Part shown: positions 21,273 to 29,516 of the stretch, one piece after another
Layout of the letters: every line of letters begins with the position of its first letter
Numbering within the stretch: the stretch's first letter is position 1
NCBI GenBank assembly: GCA_030650275.1
Contig: JAUSEK010000012.1
Span: forward strand, 472-64,471
DNA: 64,000 nt
Direction: 5' to 3'
Source: Candidatus Omnitrophota bacterium
Lineage (GTDB): Bacteria > Omnitrophota > Gorgyraeia > Zapsychrales > Fredricksoniimonadaceae
Position numbers and translations under genes: made by a program
The notes under the pieces: model-generated
What the model saw: only the letters and a program-made list of their open reading frames with translations
Database searches by the model: none
Told to the model about the DNA's origin: nothing

Positions 21273-22745
21273 TTACTTCGCCGCGGACACGCGCGAGTTC
21301 GCCTCCCATTTGGAAATGTTATTCATGAAATCCTTCACGCACAATTTCACCTTGATATGATAGTTGCTTTCCATGATCCGGTGGATGCGTTCCGGCTTGG
21401 AATAATATTCACGCATGCACCAGGCCCCCAAACGGCCGACCTCCTCGATGCTGAGATGATCGGTGGGGATGACCGGATGCTGGAAATCCCAGTCCTTGAG
21501 ATCGATCTTGTCCGGATCGAACCATCCTTTCTTGATCCCGTAACGCCAGTCCGGAGAATTGGGCACCGGCGTCAAATAATCCAGGGCAAAAATGTCCGAA
21601 TCGATCTCATCGGCAACGCGCAAACGTTCCTTGATCTTCGCTTCCGTGTCCTCTTTGAGGCCGATCAATACCGTCCCGACACTGCCGATATCATTTTCAC
21701 GCAAAATATCGACCGTCTTTCTGATCTGCGCGATGGTCACTCCTTTGCCGGTCTTGCTCAAGGTCATATCGTCCTCGACCTCCACACCCGTTAACGCCAA
21801 AAACAAGCCCGCTTTTTTCATCAACGGCAGGATCTCGTGCTGGGAGACCCATTGGTCGGCACGGCCCAAACACACCCAGTCGATCTTGTTGCCGCGCTTG
21901 AGTTTCTCCTCGCAGAATTCGATCATGGCGGCGGTGTCCGTATTGAACGCGTCATCCTGAAAAACAACCGTGTTGATCCCGTATTGCTTCTCTAAAATAT
22001 CCAGTTCATCAACGATGCGTTTGCCTTTCAGCCCCCGCCAGGACGTGAAATCTTTGGCGGCGGTGCGGCTGTCATAAAGCGCCCATTCATAACAAAAATG
22101 ACATTTGCCCGGACAACCGCGGGACGTCATCAATTCCGCGAACGGTTTCCAATAGGTGTGCCCGACATATTTGTCCATGGGGAACAGATCATAAGCCGGC
22201 ATGGGCAGGACGTTCAAATCAGGGATCAGATCACGGTGCGGCCCCACGACAATGGCCCCGTCTTTCTGACGGGACACCAGGCCCGGGATCTCCCGTTCAT
22301 TCCTGGGATCGCCCGCGGCCATATTATTGATCAGGTCCTCCATGGTCAATTCCGCCTCCCCGATCATGATGTAGTCAATGGTCGGGTTCAAGCGCATCTG
22401 GCGTTCGTAATCGCCGGAATACCATAACCCCCCGGCCACGGTCCTGACCTTAGGGCTAGCTTCTTTGATGATGCGAAGCCCCTCATTAAAATACCAGATG
22501 ACCGCGGCACCGCAGGTGGAATGCAGCAATTCCCCGACAAAAACAATGTCCGGCTTGCTGTTTTGAACGAATTTCAGCATCGCCTCCCAGTCCATGTCCA
22601 GCGCGCGGGAGTCGAGCACTTCCACCTGGGCTAGATTTCTTTCACGCAAATAGGCGGCCAGCTGCGCGTGCATCTGATTGGCGGCTTTGTGGTTGCCGTG
22701 TGAATCCCATGCTTTCAACGGCGGTGTCAAAAATAGAACTTTCAT
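21273..22745 (-). CDS. B12-binding radical SAM protein (class B rSAM, methyltransferase/BchE-like)
   Basis: 490-aa ORF with an N-terminal cobalamin-binding Rossmann-like domain and a CPGKCHFC (CxxxCxxC) radical-SAM cluster motif. An AGGAGA Shine-Dalgarno sequence lies upstream. Confidence 0.85.
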   Translation of the reverse strand: MKVLFLTPPLKAWDSHGNHKAANQMHAQLAAYLRERNLAQVEVLDSRALDMDWEAMLKFVQNSKPDIVFVGELLHSTCGAAVIWYFNEGLRIIKEASPKVRTVAGGLWYSGDYERQMRLNPTIDYIMIGEAELTMEDLINNMAAGDPRNEREIPGLVSRQKDGAIVVGPHRDLIPDLNVLPMPAYDLFPMDKYVGHTYWKPFAELMTSRGCPGKCHFCYEWALYDSRTAAKDFTSWRGLKGKRIVDELDILEKQYGINTVVFQDDAFNTDTAAMIEFCEEKLKRGNKIDWVCLGRADQWVSQHEILPLMKKAGLFLALTGVEVEDDMTLSKTGKGVTIAQIRKTVDILRENDIGSVGTVLIGLKEDTEAKIKERLRVADEIDSDIFALDYLTPVPNSPDWRYGIKKGWFDPDKIDLKDWDFQHPVIPTDHLSIEEVGRLGAWCMREYYSKPERIHRIMESNYHIKVKLCVKDFMNNISKWEANSRVSAAK

Positions 22746-22795
22746 AACGTTCTCCTGTTATTGTACGGGCGGGGTTACCCCGCCCCTACGTTCAT

Positions 22796-24298
22796 TTAAA
22801 ACCACGACGTGACCAGCGGCTTGCCTCCCGGCGTCTGGTCAGTGGTGACTGTTTTGATCTGTGTGTATTCATACAGCCCTTCTTTGCCCAATTCCCGTCC
22901 AAAACCGCTTTGTTTATACCCGCCGAACGGCACGGCATTGTCAAAAGCGCCATAGGTATTGATCCAGACCGTGCCGCAACGTAAACGTTTGGCCACACCA
23001 TTGGCCTTGGCCAGATCCTGCGTCCACACCATGGCCGCGAGACCATACTTGGTTTCATTGGCCAGATGAACCGCCTCATCAACGGATGTAAAAGGCATCA
23101 CGCACAATACCGGGCCAAAAATTTCTTCCTGCGCGATGGTCATGTTGTTGCGCACGTCAATAAAGATCGTGGGTTCAAGATAAGCCCCTTTAGGATTTGT
23201 CCCCGCCGGAACTTTACCGCCGCACACCAATTTTGCCCCTTCTTTCTTGCCCTGTTCGATCAAACGCAAAACAGCGTCGCGATGGGTAGTATTGACCAAA
23301 GGACCGAACTCGGTCTCAAAACTGTCCGCCGGGCCTATCGTTAATGTTTGGGCGCGTTTCACCAGTTGCCCGACGAATGTCTTATAAATTTTGTCCTCCA
23401 CCAAAAGCCGCGACCCGGCCGTGCACATCTGTCCCTGATTCATAAAAATGGAAGCCAAAGTCCCGCCCACCGCCGCTTCCATATTGCAATCGGCAAAAAC
23501 GATGTTGGGAGATTTGCCGCCCAATTCCAGCGTCAATTTCTTAATGCTCTTGGCGGCCTGGGCCATCACCGCTTTTCCGGTTTCTGTTGAGCCGGTAAAA
23601 GACACCATATCCACCTGGGAATGGGAAACCAGCTCGCTGCCGGCCTGGGCACGTGAAGAACTGATGATATTTAAAACACCTTTAGGTAATCCGGCCTGGG
23701 CGATGATCTTGCCTAAAGCCATGACCGCAACACAGGCGGTCGGCGATGGTTTTAAAACAACGGTATTGCCGGCCAGTAAAGCCGGAGCGATCTTCCACGC
23801 GGCCGTGATCAAAGGATAATTCCAGGGAATAATGGCCGCCACAACACCAACAGGTTCCCGGCTGACAAGACACAGATGAGGGGACGGTATTTCTATGGTC
23901 TCGTTATTTAACGGGGTCTCGAAATTTCCAAAATATTCAAACGTATCCGCGCAGGTCGGGACATCAATGAAGGTCGCGTGCTTGATGGTCTTACCGGTTG
24001 ACCAGCATTCCAGGTCCGCTAATTCTTTGGCATTCTCCCGGATCAGTTGGGCGATGCGCAATAAAAATTTTCCCCGTTCGGCCGTGGCCATTTGCGGCCA
24101 GCGGCCGTGGTCAAAAGCCAGGCGAGCGGCGTTGACAGCGATCTCAACGTCCACGGCATCAGCGTCCGCCAAGCGCGCGAACACCTCGCCGTTGGAAGGA
24201 TTAACGCAATCAAAATATTGACCGCTCAACGAAGGCGCTACCTTGCCTTCGAGCAACAAATCAAATTTCTCTATTTTTGATCCTATTATCATATTCAT
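22796..24298 (-). CDS. NAD(P)-dependent aldehyde dehydrogenase
   Basis: 500-aa ORF with a catalytic Cys in a QGQMCTAGSR context, plus ELGGKSP and FTGSTETG motifs. Confidence 0.9.
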   Translation of the reverse strand: MNMIIGSKIEKFDLLLEGKVAPSLSGQYFDCVNPSNGEVFARLADADAVDVEIAVNAARLAFDHGRWPQMATAERGKFLLRIAQLIRENAKELADLECWSTGKTIKHATFIDVPTCADTFEYFGNFETPLNNETIEIPSPHLCLVSREPVGVVAAIIPWNYPLITAAWKIAPALLAGNTVVLKPSPTACVAVMALGKIIAQAGLPKGVLNIISSSRAQAGSELVSHSQVDMVSFTGSTETGKAVMAQAAKSIKKLTLELGGKSPNIVFADCNMEAAVGGTLASIFMNQGQMCTAGSRLLVEDKIYKTFVGQLVKRAQTLTIGPADSFETEFGPLVNTTHRDAVLRLIEQGKKEGAKLVCGGKVPAGTNPKGAYLEPTIFIDVRNNMTIAQEEIFGPVLCVMPFTSVDEAVHLANETKYGLAAMVWTQDLAKANGVAKRLRCGTVWINTYGAFDNAVPFGGYKQSGFGRELGKEGLYEYTQIKTVTTDQTPGGKPLVTSWF

Positions 24299-24302
24299 AC
24301 GG

Positions 24303-24374
24303 AATTATGGGGACACAATACTTAATTCCTAATGCTTGTCAAACGGTTGAATTAAATATTGTGTCCCTATAATT
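24303..24374. repeat. 72-bp palindromic element with AATTATGGGGAC termini (second copy of the ITS element family)
   Basis: AATTATGGGGACACAATA ... TATTGTGTCCCTATAATT with an 18-bp stem. Intergenic between the ALDH and aldolase genes. Confidence 0.55.
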
Positions 24375-24376
24375 CA

Positions 24377-25426
24377 TTATTCCACCGGTACATTCGTCCA
24401 TAATTGAAAAATACGGCTGCAAGGCGCGTACCATTTGGAAATGCGCGCGAAATCGCCTTTTAAGAACATTTTCTTCTGCGTCGTGGCCACGAACGGGTCT
24501 ATTTGCCGGCTGAACACCGCCCGCCACACCGCTTCCGGCGCGTTGATGACAAATTCCGCGTCCGCGTCCTGCGCGACCTGCGTGATACGGCCGTTCTCAA
24601 ATGTAAACCGGTGGGCCTGCCCTGTCTCATCCAAAATGACCGCGAGGGCCATGTTCATCGCGGTCTTGTTGCCCAATTCCTGCATCTGCGCGTCGGCATT
24701 GACTAGGCGCACGATCTCTTCGATCTGTTCTTTGGAAAATAATTTGTATTTTTTATTTTTGTCACCCCCGAATGTTTCTGTCGGGGGTCCAGAAATAGAC
24801 GTGTCTGGATTCCCGACAAAAGCATTCGGGAATGACATTTTTTTATAATGAACGTCGACCAGATCCATTTTTACTTGTTCTTCCAATTCCTGAATAAGCA
24901 CAAATGCATTGAATAGATCGTCCCCCACCGCGACAACGCCGTGGTTCTTAAGCACTACGATATTGTTTATTTTCAACGCTTCCACCACTGGCGCGGGGTC
25001 AGTCACTGATGGGGTTGTTTGGGCAATGGCTTTCACTTCACCCAGATAAAATTGCGCTTCAAATGTTTTAGGCGTGAAGCGGTCGTTGGATAAAAAGAAA
25101 CCATTGGTGTAGGTTGTATGCGTATGCAAAACGCATTGGACCTTCGGCATCGCTTTGTAGATTGCCGTGTGCATCAGCCGCTCGCTGGATGCCTTACCTT
25201 TCCCGATAACCGCGCCCTTAAGGTCCATCGTGAGAATGTCTTTGTCCGTCAAATGTCCCAGACATGTTCCCGTGGCTGTTATCAAAACAGTATCGGCATC
25301 CAGGCGATGGGAAATGTTACCGTTAAAACCAAACACCAGCCCCTTGTCCCACAACAGACGTCCGGTCCGGATCATTTCTTCTTTTATTTGTTTCTCATTC
25401 ATATCAGGTATTTCTTCGGGACCCAT
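24377..25426 (-). CDS. class II aldolase/adducin-family protein (MtnB/Ald2-like) fused to a C-terminal SCP2-like domain
   Basis: 349-aa ORF. Residues 1 to about 205 are aldolase_II (GFNGNISHR, HTH motifs). Residues about 235-349 resemble an SCP2 sterol-carrier domain (FLKGDFARISKW). A 26-aa linker, MSFPNAFVGNPDTSISGPPTETFGGD, is encoded by REP-like copy B. Confidence 0.75.
   Translation of the reverse strand: MGPEEIPDMNEKQIKEEMIRTGRLLWDKGLVFGFNGNISHRLDADTVLITATGTCLGHLTDKDILTMDLKGAVIGKGKASSERLMHTAIYKAMPKVQCVLHTHTTYTNGFFLSNDRFTPKTFEAQFYLGEVKAIAQTTPSVTDPAPVVEALKINNIVVLKNHGVVAVGDDLFNAFVLIQELEEQVKMDLVDVHYKKMSFPNAFVGNPDTSISGPPTETFGGDKNKKYKLFSKEQIEEIVRLVNADAQMQELGNKTAMNMALAVILDETGQAHRFTFENGRITQVAQDADAEFVINAPEAVWRAVFSRQIDPFVATTQKKMFLKGDFARISKWYAPCSRIFQLWTNVPVE
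24765..24837. repeat. REP-like palindromic element, copy B (three consecutive hairpins) embedded in-frame in the aldolase ORF
   Basis: Hairpins CCCCCGAATGTTTCTGTCGGGGG, TCCAGAAATAGACGTGTCTGGA and ATTCCCGACAAAAGCATTCGGGAAT, followed by a T7 tract at 24838-24847. Confidence 0.6.
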
Positions 25427-25872
25427 TCCACCAAAGGCACATAACCATGAACACCTTTGGGCGCTGTTCTTTTGCCTTCAAAAGACAAAATATCCTCGGG
25501 GTTACCCAAAAACCGCGCCTTATGTTCGGCCGGTGCTAATTGAACCGGTACGTTATGGCGTTTGGCCAAAACCGCCAGGACCAACCCTCCCATATCGCAC
25601 AAAGCCCCGCTTTTATCCGCGAATTGGCAGGCCAAAACCACTTGCTTGACCAACCCCTTAAAGAACAGGAACCCGGCCATATTGTCGCAAATCACCGTCG
25701 GAACAATGCCTTTCCTGACCAGGGCCGCGCTGTTGCCTTTGCCCGCGCTAAGGTCCGGCCTACCCTCCAGAACAAAAACAGAGGCCGTCTTTGCCGGTTT
25801 AAAGGTCTTGAAAAAACCATCGGCACAAACGCCCTGTAAAAGAACAATGGATCCCGTTTTATAATCCCGCAT
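25399..25872 (-). CDS. truncated eIF-2B/MtnA-family paralog (C-terminal Rossmann-like half only)
   Basis: The ORF is open to 26025, but the probable start is the ATG at 25870-25872 (157 aa), overlapping the MtnA stop by 14 nt. Sequence parallels the MtnA C-terminal half (VICDNMAG vs VVPDNTVG; AVLAKRHNVP vs AVLAKEFGIP). Confidence 0.55.
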   Translation of the reverse strand: MRDYKTGSIVLLQGVCADGFFKTFKPAKTASVFVLEGRPDLSAGKGNSAALVRKGIVPTVICDNMAGFLFFKGLVKQVVLACQFADKSGALCDMGGLVLAVLAKRHNVPVQLAPAEHKARFLGNPEDILSFEGKRTAPKGVHGYVPLVEWVPKKYLI

Positions 25873-26824
25873 GGATGGCGATCGCTTCCGTGATATAGGT
25901 GTTGGGCACAACGTCAAACCCCGGATAAAAACCCCGCGCCTTGGGGCCAAAGACCTTTTTATTGTTAAAGACCAAAAGTTCATCGGCATCGCGCATTTCA
26001 ATGGGCATGTCATGGCCTGTGGCAACGCCTTTGGACGGCTGGGTCAAAACGATCAGCGGAATGCCGAACTCCTTGGCCAGCACCGCGATCTGGTAAGAGC
26101 CCACTTTATTGGCCACATCTCCATTGGCCGCCGAACGGTCGGAACCGATGATGATCTTGTTGACCAGCCCCTCGGCCATCAAAGCGCCGACGGTATTATC
26201 CGGGACCACGGTCACATGCGCTCCGGCTTTTTGCAGCTCCCATGCCGTCAATTTTGCGCCCTGCATGTAAGGCCGGGTTTCCGTCGCGTAAAATTTCACG
26301 CGCCTGCCTTCTTTTAAAGCGAGGAACGCGGCCATGGCCAGCTCTCCGCTGACATTGCAATGGGTCAAAATAGGATCGCCATCGGCCATATGAGCGGCGA
26401 TCCGGCGCACACGCTCAAGACGGCGATGGCGGATGCTCTCCAGAAAACCTTCCACCGTGCGTACAACGGCCTTGCAGACATCGGCATTCTCATGGGCGGC
26501 TTTGCGCGCGACACCCGTGACAATGCCCGTCACTTCCGCGAAAGGAAAGGTCGGACGGGAATTGTTCAAGGCCAGGGCAATGGCTTCTATATCTTTGACC
26601 TTTGACTTTTGGCCTTTGGCCTCCAACAAAAAAGTATTCAAAACAACCAGAAATTGTCCAAAAGCGCGGGTTTTCATGTCCCGGATCACAGCAACCGCCC
26701 CCTTAACATTACGCACAGGGATATACTTGGTCTTTAAGGGGAGCAGGGTCTCATCAAGGACATAAAGCGTATTGCCCTTGATGTGCGCCGGCCAAAATAG
26801 TGGCGATTCGAACATATTATCCAT
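25859..26824 (-). CDS. mtnA: S-methyl-5-thioribose-1-phosphate / 5-deoxyribose-1-phosphate isomerase (MtnA, eIF-2B alpha/beta/delta family)
   Basis: 321-aa ORF with eIF-2B-related family motifs, including GSDRSAANGDVANKVGSY containing the catalytic Asp region. Confidence 0.85.
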   Translation of the reverse strand: MDNMFESPLFWPAHIKGNTLYVLDETLLPLKTKYIPVRNVKGAVAVIRDMKTRAFGQFLVVLNTFLLEAKGQKSKVKDIEAIALALNNSRPTFPFAEVTGIVTGVARKAAHENADVCKAVVRTVEGFLESIRHRRLERVRRIAAHMADGDPILTHCNVSGELAMAAFLALKEGRRVKFYATETRPYMQGAKLTAWELQKAGAHVTVVPDNTVGALMAEGLVNKIIIGSDRSAANGDVANKVGSYQIAVLAKEFGIPLIVLTQPSKGVATGHDMPIEMRDADELLVFNNKKVFGPKARGFYPGFDVVPNTYITEAIAIHAGL

Positions 26825-26909
26825 GAGCGGGTCCTGTCTTCGGTTTCCCCCACCGTGCTCGTTCCTGCGCGCGGTGGGGGTCCCCCTACCGAAGCCACCC
26901 GCTGCCAGT

Positions 26910-27677
26910 TTATCTGTTCTCTTTTTGTTTAATAAGATTCAACGCAATGTTGATGAGCGCGCCTTCGGCCATGTAATAATCCGCGTTCATGAAACCCATT
27001 TCGCCCGTGATCAGATTATCGCTGACCGCCAGAATGGACACGGCCGGGATCTTATACAATTGGGCCAATGTCAAAAATACGGAACTGACCATGTCCACGG
27101 CAATGCAGTCCCGGTCAATGGCCTTGTTCACATGTTCTTTCGTTTCACGCAAAATAGCATCGGTGGACCAGACCTTGCCCTCATGGACGGCCAGCCCGGA
27201 GGCCTTGGCCGCGGCGATCAACTGGGTGTTAAGACCGGCGTCCGGCAAGGTCACGAGCGCGTCATCCACATAATACGGGGACACCCCGTCCCCGCGCACG
27301 CAACCCGTGGCCACGATCAGATCGCCGACCTTGATCGCGCTGGACAAAGCCCCGCAGCTGCCGATGCGGATCAGACAGCCCGTTTGACCGTTGCATAAGA
27401 TCTCCGTCGTGATCGCGGTATCCGCGGCAAAACGGCCGCCGTTGATGGTGGTCACCTTGACGTCTTCATAAGTCCCCGTGAACATGGTGTATTCCATGAA
27501 CGCGAATTTCTTGACGGGATTTTTCAATTTTTTCATGACGCTTTCCATGCGCTCGCGGGGGCCCGGCACAATGGCGTATTTGCCGAAATCCATCGGCAAC
27601 AACTGCACCATTCCCATCAGGTCCTTGCCGGCCAAATGAATATCCCGGGTCATTCTTTCTTTTTCTACGATGGGCAT
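26910..27677 (-). CDS. nucleoside phosphorylase, PNP_UDP_1 family (putative MTA/5'-deoxyadenosine phosphorylase)
   Basis: 255-aa ORF with the IRIGSCGAL...VGDLIVATGCVR core typical of DeoD/Udp/MtnN-fold enzymes. Confidence 0.75.
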   Translation of the reverse strand: MPIVEKERMTRDIHLAGKDLMGMVQLLPMDFGKYAIVPGPRERMESVMKKLKNPVKKFAFMEYTMFTGTYEDVKVTTINGGRFAADTAITTEILCNGQTGCLIRIGSCGALSSAIKVGDLIVATGCVRGDGVSPYYVDDALVTLPDAGLNTQLIAAAKASGLAVHEGKVWSTDAILRETKEHVNKAIDRDCIAVDMVSSVFLTLAQLYKIPAVSILAVSDNLITGEMGFMNADYYMAEGALINIALNLIKQKENR

Positions 27678-29179
27678 ACGATCTCCTGTTTTAACAATTC
27701 CTTGTCGATCTTTCCTGTCCTGTTTTTAGGCAGGCCTTCTCTTATTTCAACGGTCTGCGGCACCTTGAAATTCGCCAAATGTTCACGGGCAAAATGACGC
27801 ACGTCCTGCGGTGTCAATGCGGCACCGGCTTTAAGCACCACAAAGGCCTTGAGCGCTTCGCCTTTGAGGGCATCCGATATTCCTATGACAGCCGCCTCCA
27901 GAATTCCCTCGTGCTTGCATAGGGCGCTTTCCACTTCCGGCGCGTAGACGATCTGCCCGGCCACCTTGATCATTTCTTTCTTGCGCCCGACGATATACAA
28001 AAATCCGTCCGTATCAAAACGCCCCAGATCGCCGGTATGGAACCACCCGTTGCGTTTGGCTAAAGCCGTGCTTTCAGGGTCTTTGTAATATTCCTGCATC
28101 ACCACCCAGCCGCGGATGACGATCTCGCCGATATCACCGTCGTGCAGGATATTATCTTCATCATCCACGATCCGGATCTCACAATTCGGCGCCGGCTTGC
28201 CGACGCTTTCGATCTTCGGGTCATTCAAAGGCGTGACCGTATTGGGCGGGCATGTCTCGGTCATGCCCCAGCCGTTGAGGAGCTTGGCGTTGGGGCAATA
28301 CTTATGGAAACGTTCCAAAATATCCGGCGAAGAGGGCGCCCCAAAAACCACCACCCAGCGCAGGGATGAAAGGTCAAATTGTTCAATATTTTTTAAGGTC
28401 AGCAGGGCCGTGTACATAGGCGGGACAATGTGAAAACACGTGACCTTGTGCCGGGCCACGTTCCTTAAAAATTCCAGCGGCTGGAAACGGTCCATCAACA
28501 CCAGGGTGATGCCGAACAGGATGCAATTCTGGATATAAATGAAACCGCCGATGTGACTTAAAGGAAGGGCGCACAATTTCACGTCGCGCTCGTTTAAGTC
28601 CACGAAATGTTTCATCGCTTCCGGCGACCCGTCCAGATGGCGGTAATTCAACAAAATGCCTTTAGGATTGCCGGTCGTTCCGGACGTGTACATGATCAGC
28701 GCCGGGTCCCCTTCCTTGACTTCGGCCGGCGGCGTGCTCCCGCTACCTAAAAGCGAGGCCCACGGCTGTTCCCACGCCAGTCCGAGCGGCTGTCCCACAA
28801 CAATAACGGTCTTAAGCAACGGCAGGGCCGCTTTTAAGACCTGAATGTCCACATCCGGCCTGTATAAAGCGATCAAAACTTCGGTCTCCGAATGCCCCAA
28901 ACAGGAGACCAATTCCTCTGTTTTGAGCATATGGTCCAGGGGCACGACCGTGGCCCCCAGATAAAACAAGGACAGATACCCGTAAACATACTCCGGGCAA
29001 TTGGGAAGATAAATGGCGACTTTAGAGGACTTGCGCACACCGGCACAGGACAGCCCTTTGGCCAATTGAAAAACCATGGCCTTAAGGTCATTAAAAGAAA
29101 CCGGCTGGTCCTTAAAGATCAGGGCCGGCTTTGTCCCAAAACGATTTGCTGAAGATTGTAAGATATTGGTAATATTCAT
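27665..29179 (-). CDS. AMP-dependent synthetase/ligase (acyl- or aryl-CoA ligase, ANL superfamily)
   Basis: 504-aa ORF with a YTSGTTGNPKG adenylation motif, a GWGMTE motif and a C-terminal Lys motif. First gene of the co-directional block. Confidence 0.85.
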   Translation of the reverse strand: MNITNILQSSANRFGTKPALIFKDQPVSFNDLKAMVFQLAKGLSCAGVRKSSKVAIYLPNCPEYVYGYLSLFYLGATVVPLDHMLKTEELVSCLGHSETEVLIALYRPDVDIQVLKAALPLLKTVIVVGQPLGLAWEQPWASLLGSGSTPPAEVKEGDPALIMYTSGTTGNPKGILLNYRHLDGSPEAMKHFVDLNERDVKLCALPLSHIGGFIYIQNCILFGITLVLMDRFQPLEFLRNVARHKVTCFHIVPPMYTALLTLKNIEQFDLSSLRWVVVFGAPSSPDILERFHKYCPNAKLLNGWGMTETCPPNTVTPLNDPKIESVGKPAPNCEIRIVDDEDNILHDGDIGEIVIRGWVVMQEYYKDPESTALAKRNGWFHTGDLGRFDTDGFLYIVGRKKEMIKVAGQIVYAPEVESALCKHEGILEAAVIGISDALKGEALKAFVVLKAGAALTPQDVRHFAREHLANFKVPQTVEIREGLPKNRTGKIDKELLKQEIVCPS

Positions 29180-29279
29180 AGTATAGAATAGTAAAATTTT
29201 ACTATATAATGATTAAAAGTCAAGAAATACGTATAGGCGGGAATAAAAAAATTACTTTAGGTAGGCGGACTTTGAAAAA

Positions 29280-29516
29280 CTAGACCGGCTGATGCTGAAT
29301 GTGCTCGGCCACTGAAACCTTGATGACAGACTGCCGGGTGACCCCCAGGCGCTGGGCTTCTTTATCCAATCGATGCACCATCCACACCGGAAAGTCCACA
29401 TTGACCCGTTTTTGTTCCTGCTTTAAACGGCGGGATTTGCCTTTATTAAGGAATTTGGCCACGCTCCCGCCTTCGTCAAAAATCCTGTCGAACTCTTTAG
29501 CTTTCATATAACTCAA
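29280..29516 (-). CDS. brnA: BrnA antitoxin (RHH/CopG-like, type II TA)
   Basis: 78-aa ORF overlapping the upstream toxin gene by 20 nt. BrnA-like pattern with a C-terminal RHH. Confidence 0.75.
   Translation of the reverse strand: MSYMKAKEFDRIFDEGGSVAKFLNKGKSRRLKQEQKRVNVDFPVWMVHRLDKEAQRLGVTRQSVIKVSVAEHIQHQPV

Noticed and set aside
22750-22790. GC-rich palindrome GGGGCGGGGTAACCCCGCCC between the ALDH and radical-SAM genes
   Set aside because: It is probably a simple intercistronic stem-loop, with no U tract and an RBS immediately after. It was not distinctive enough to call a terminator or riboswitch.
25873-26025. First 51 codons of the 208-aa ORF 25399..26025 (TTG start inside mtnA)
   Set aside because: This segment overlaps mtnA coding sequence in another frame and has no similarity to eIF-2B-family proteins. 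Only the portion from the ATG at 25872 resembles MtnA.
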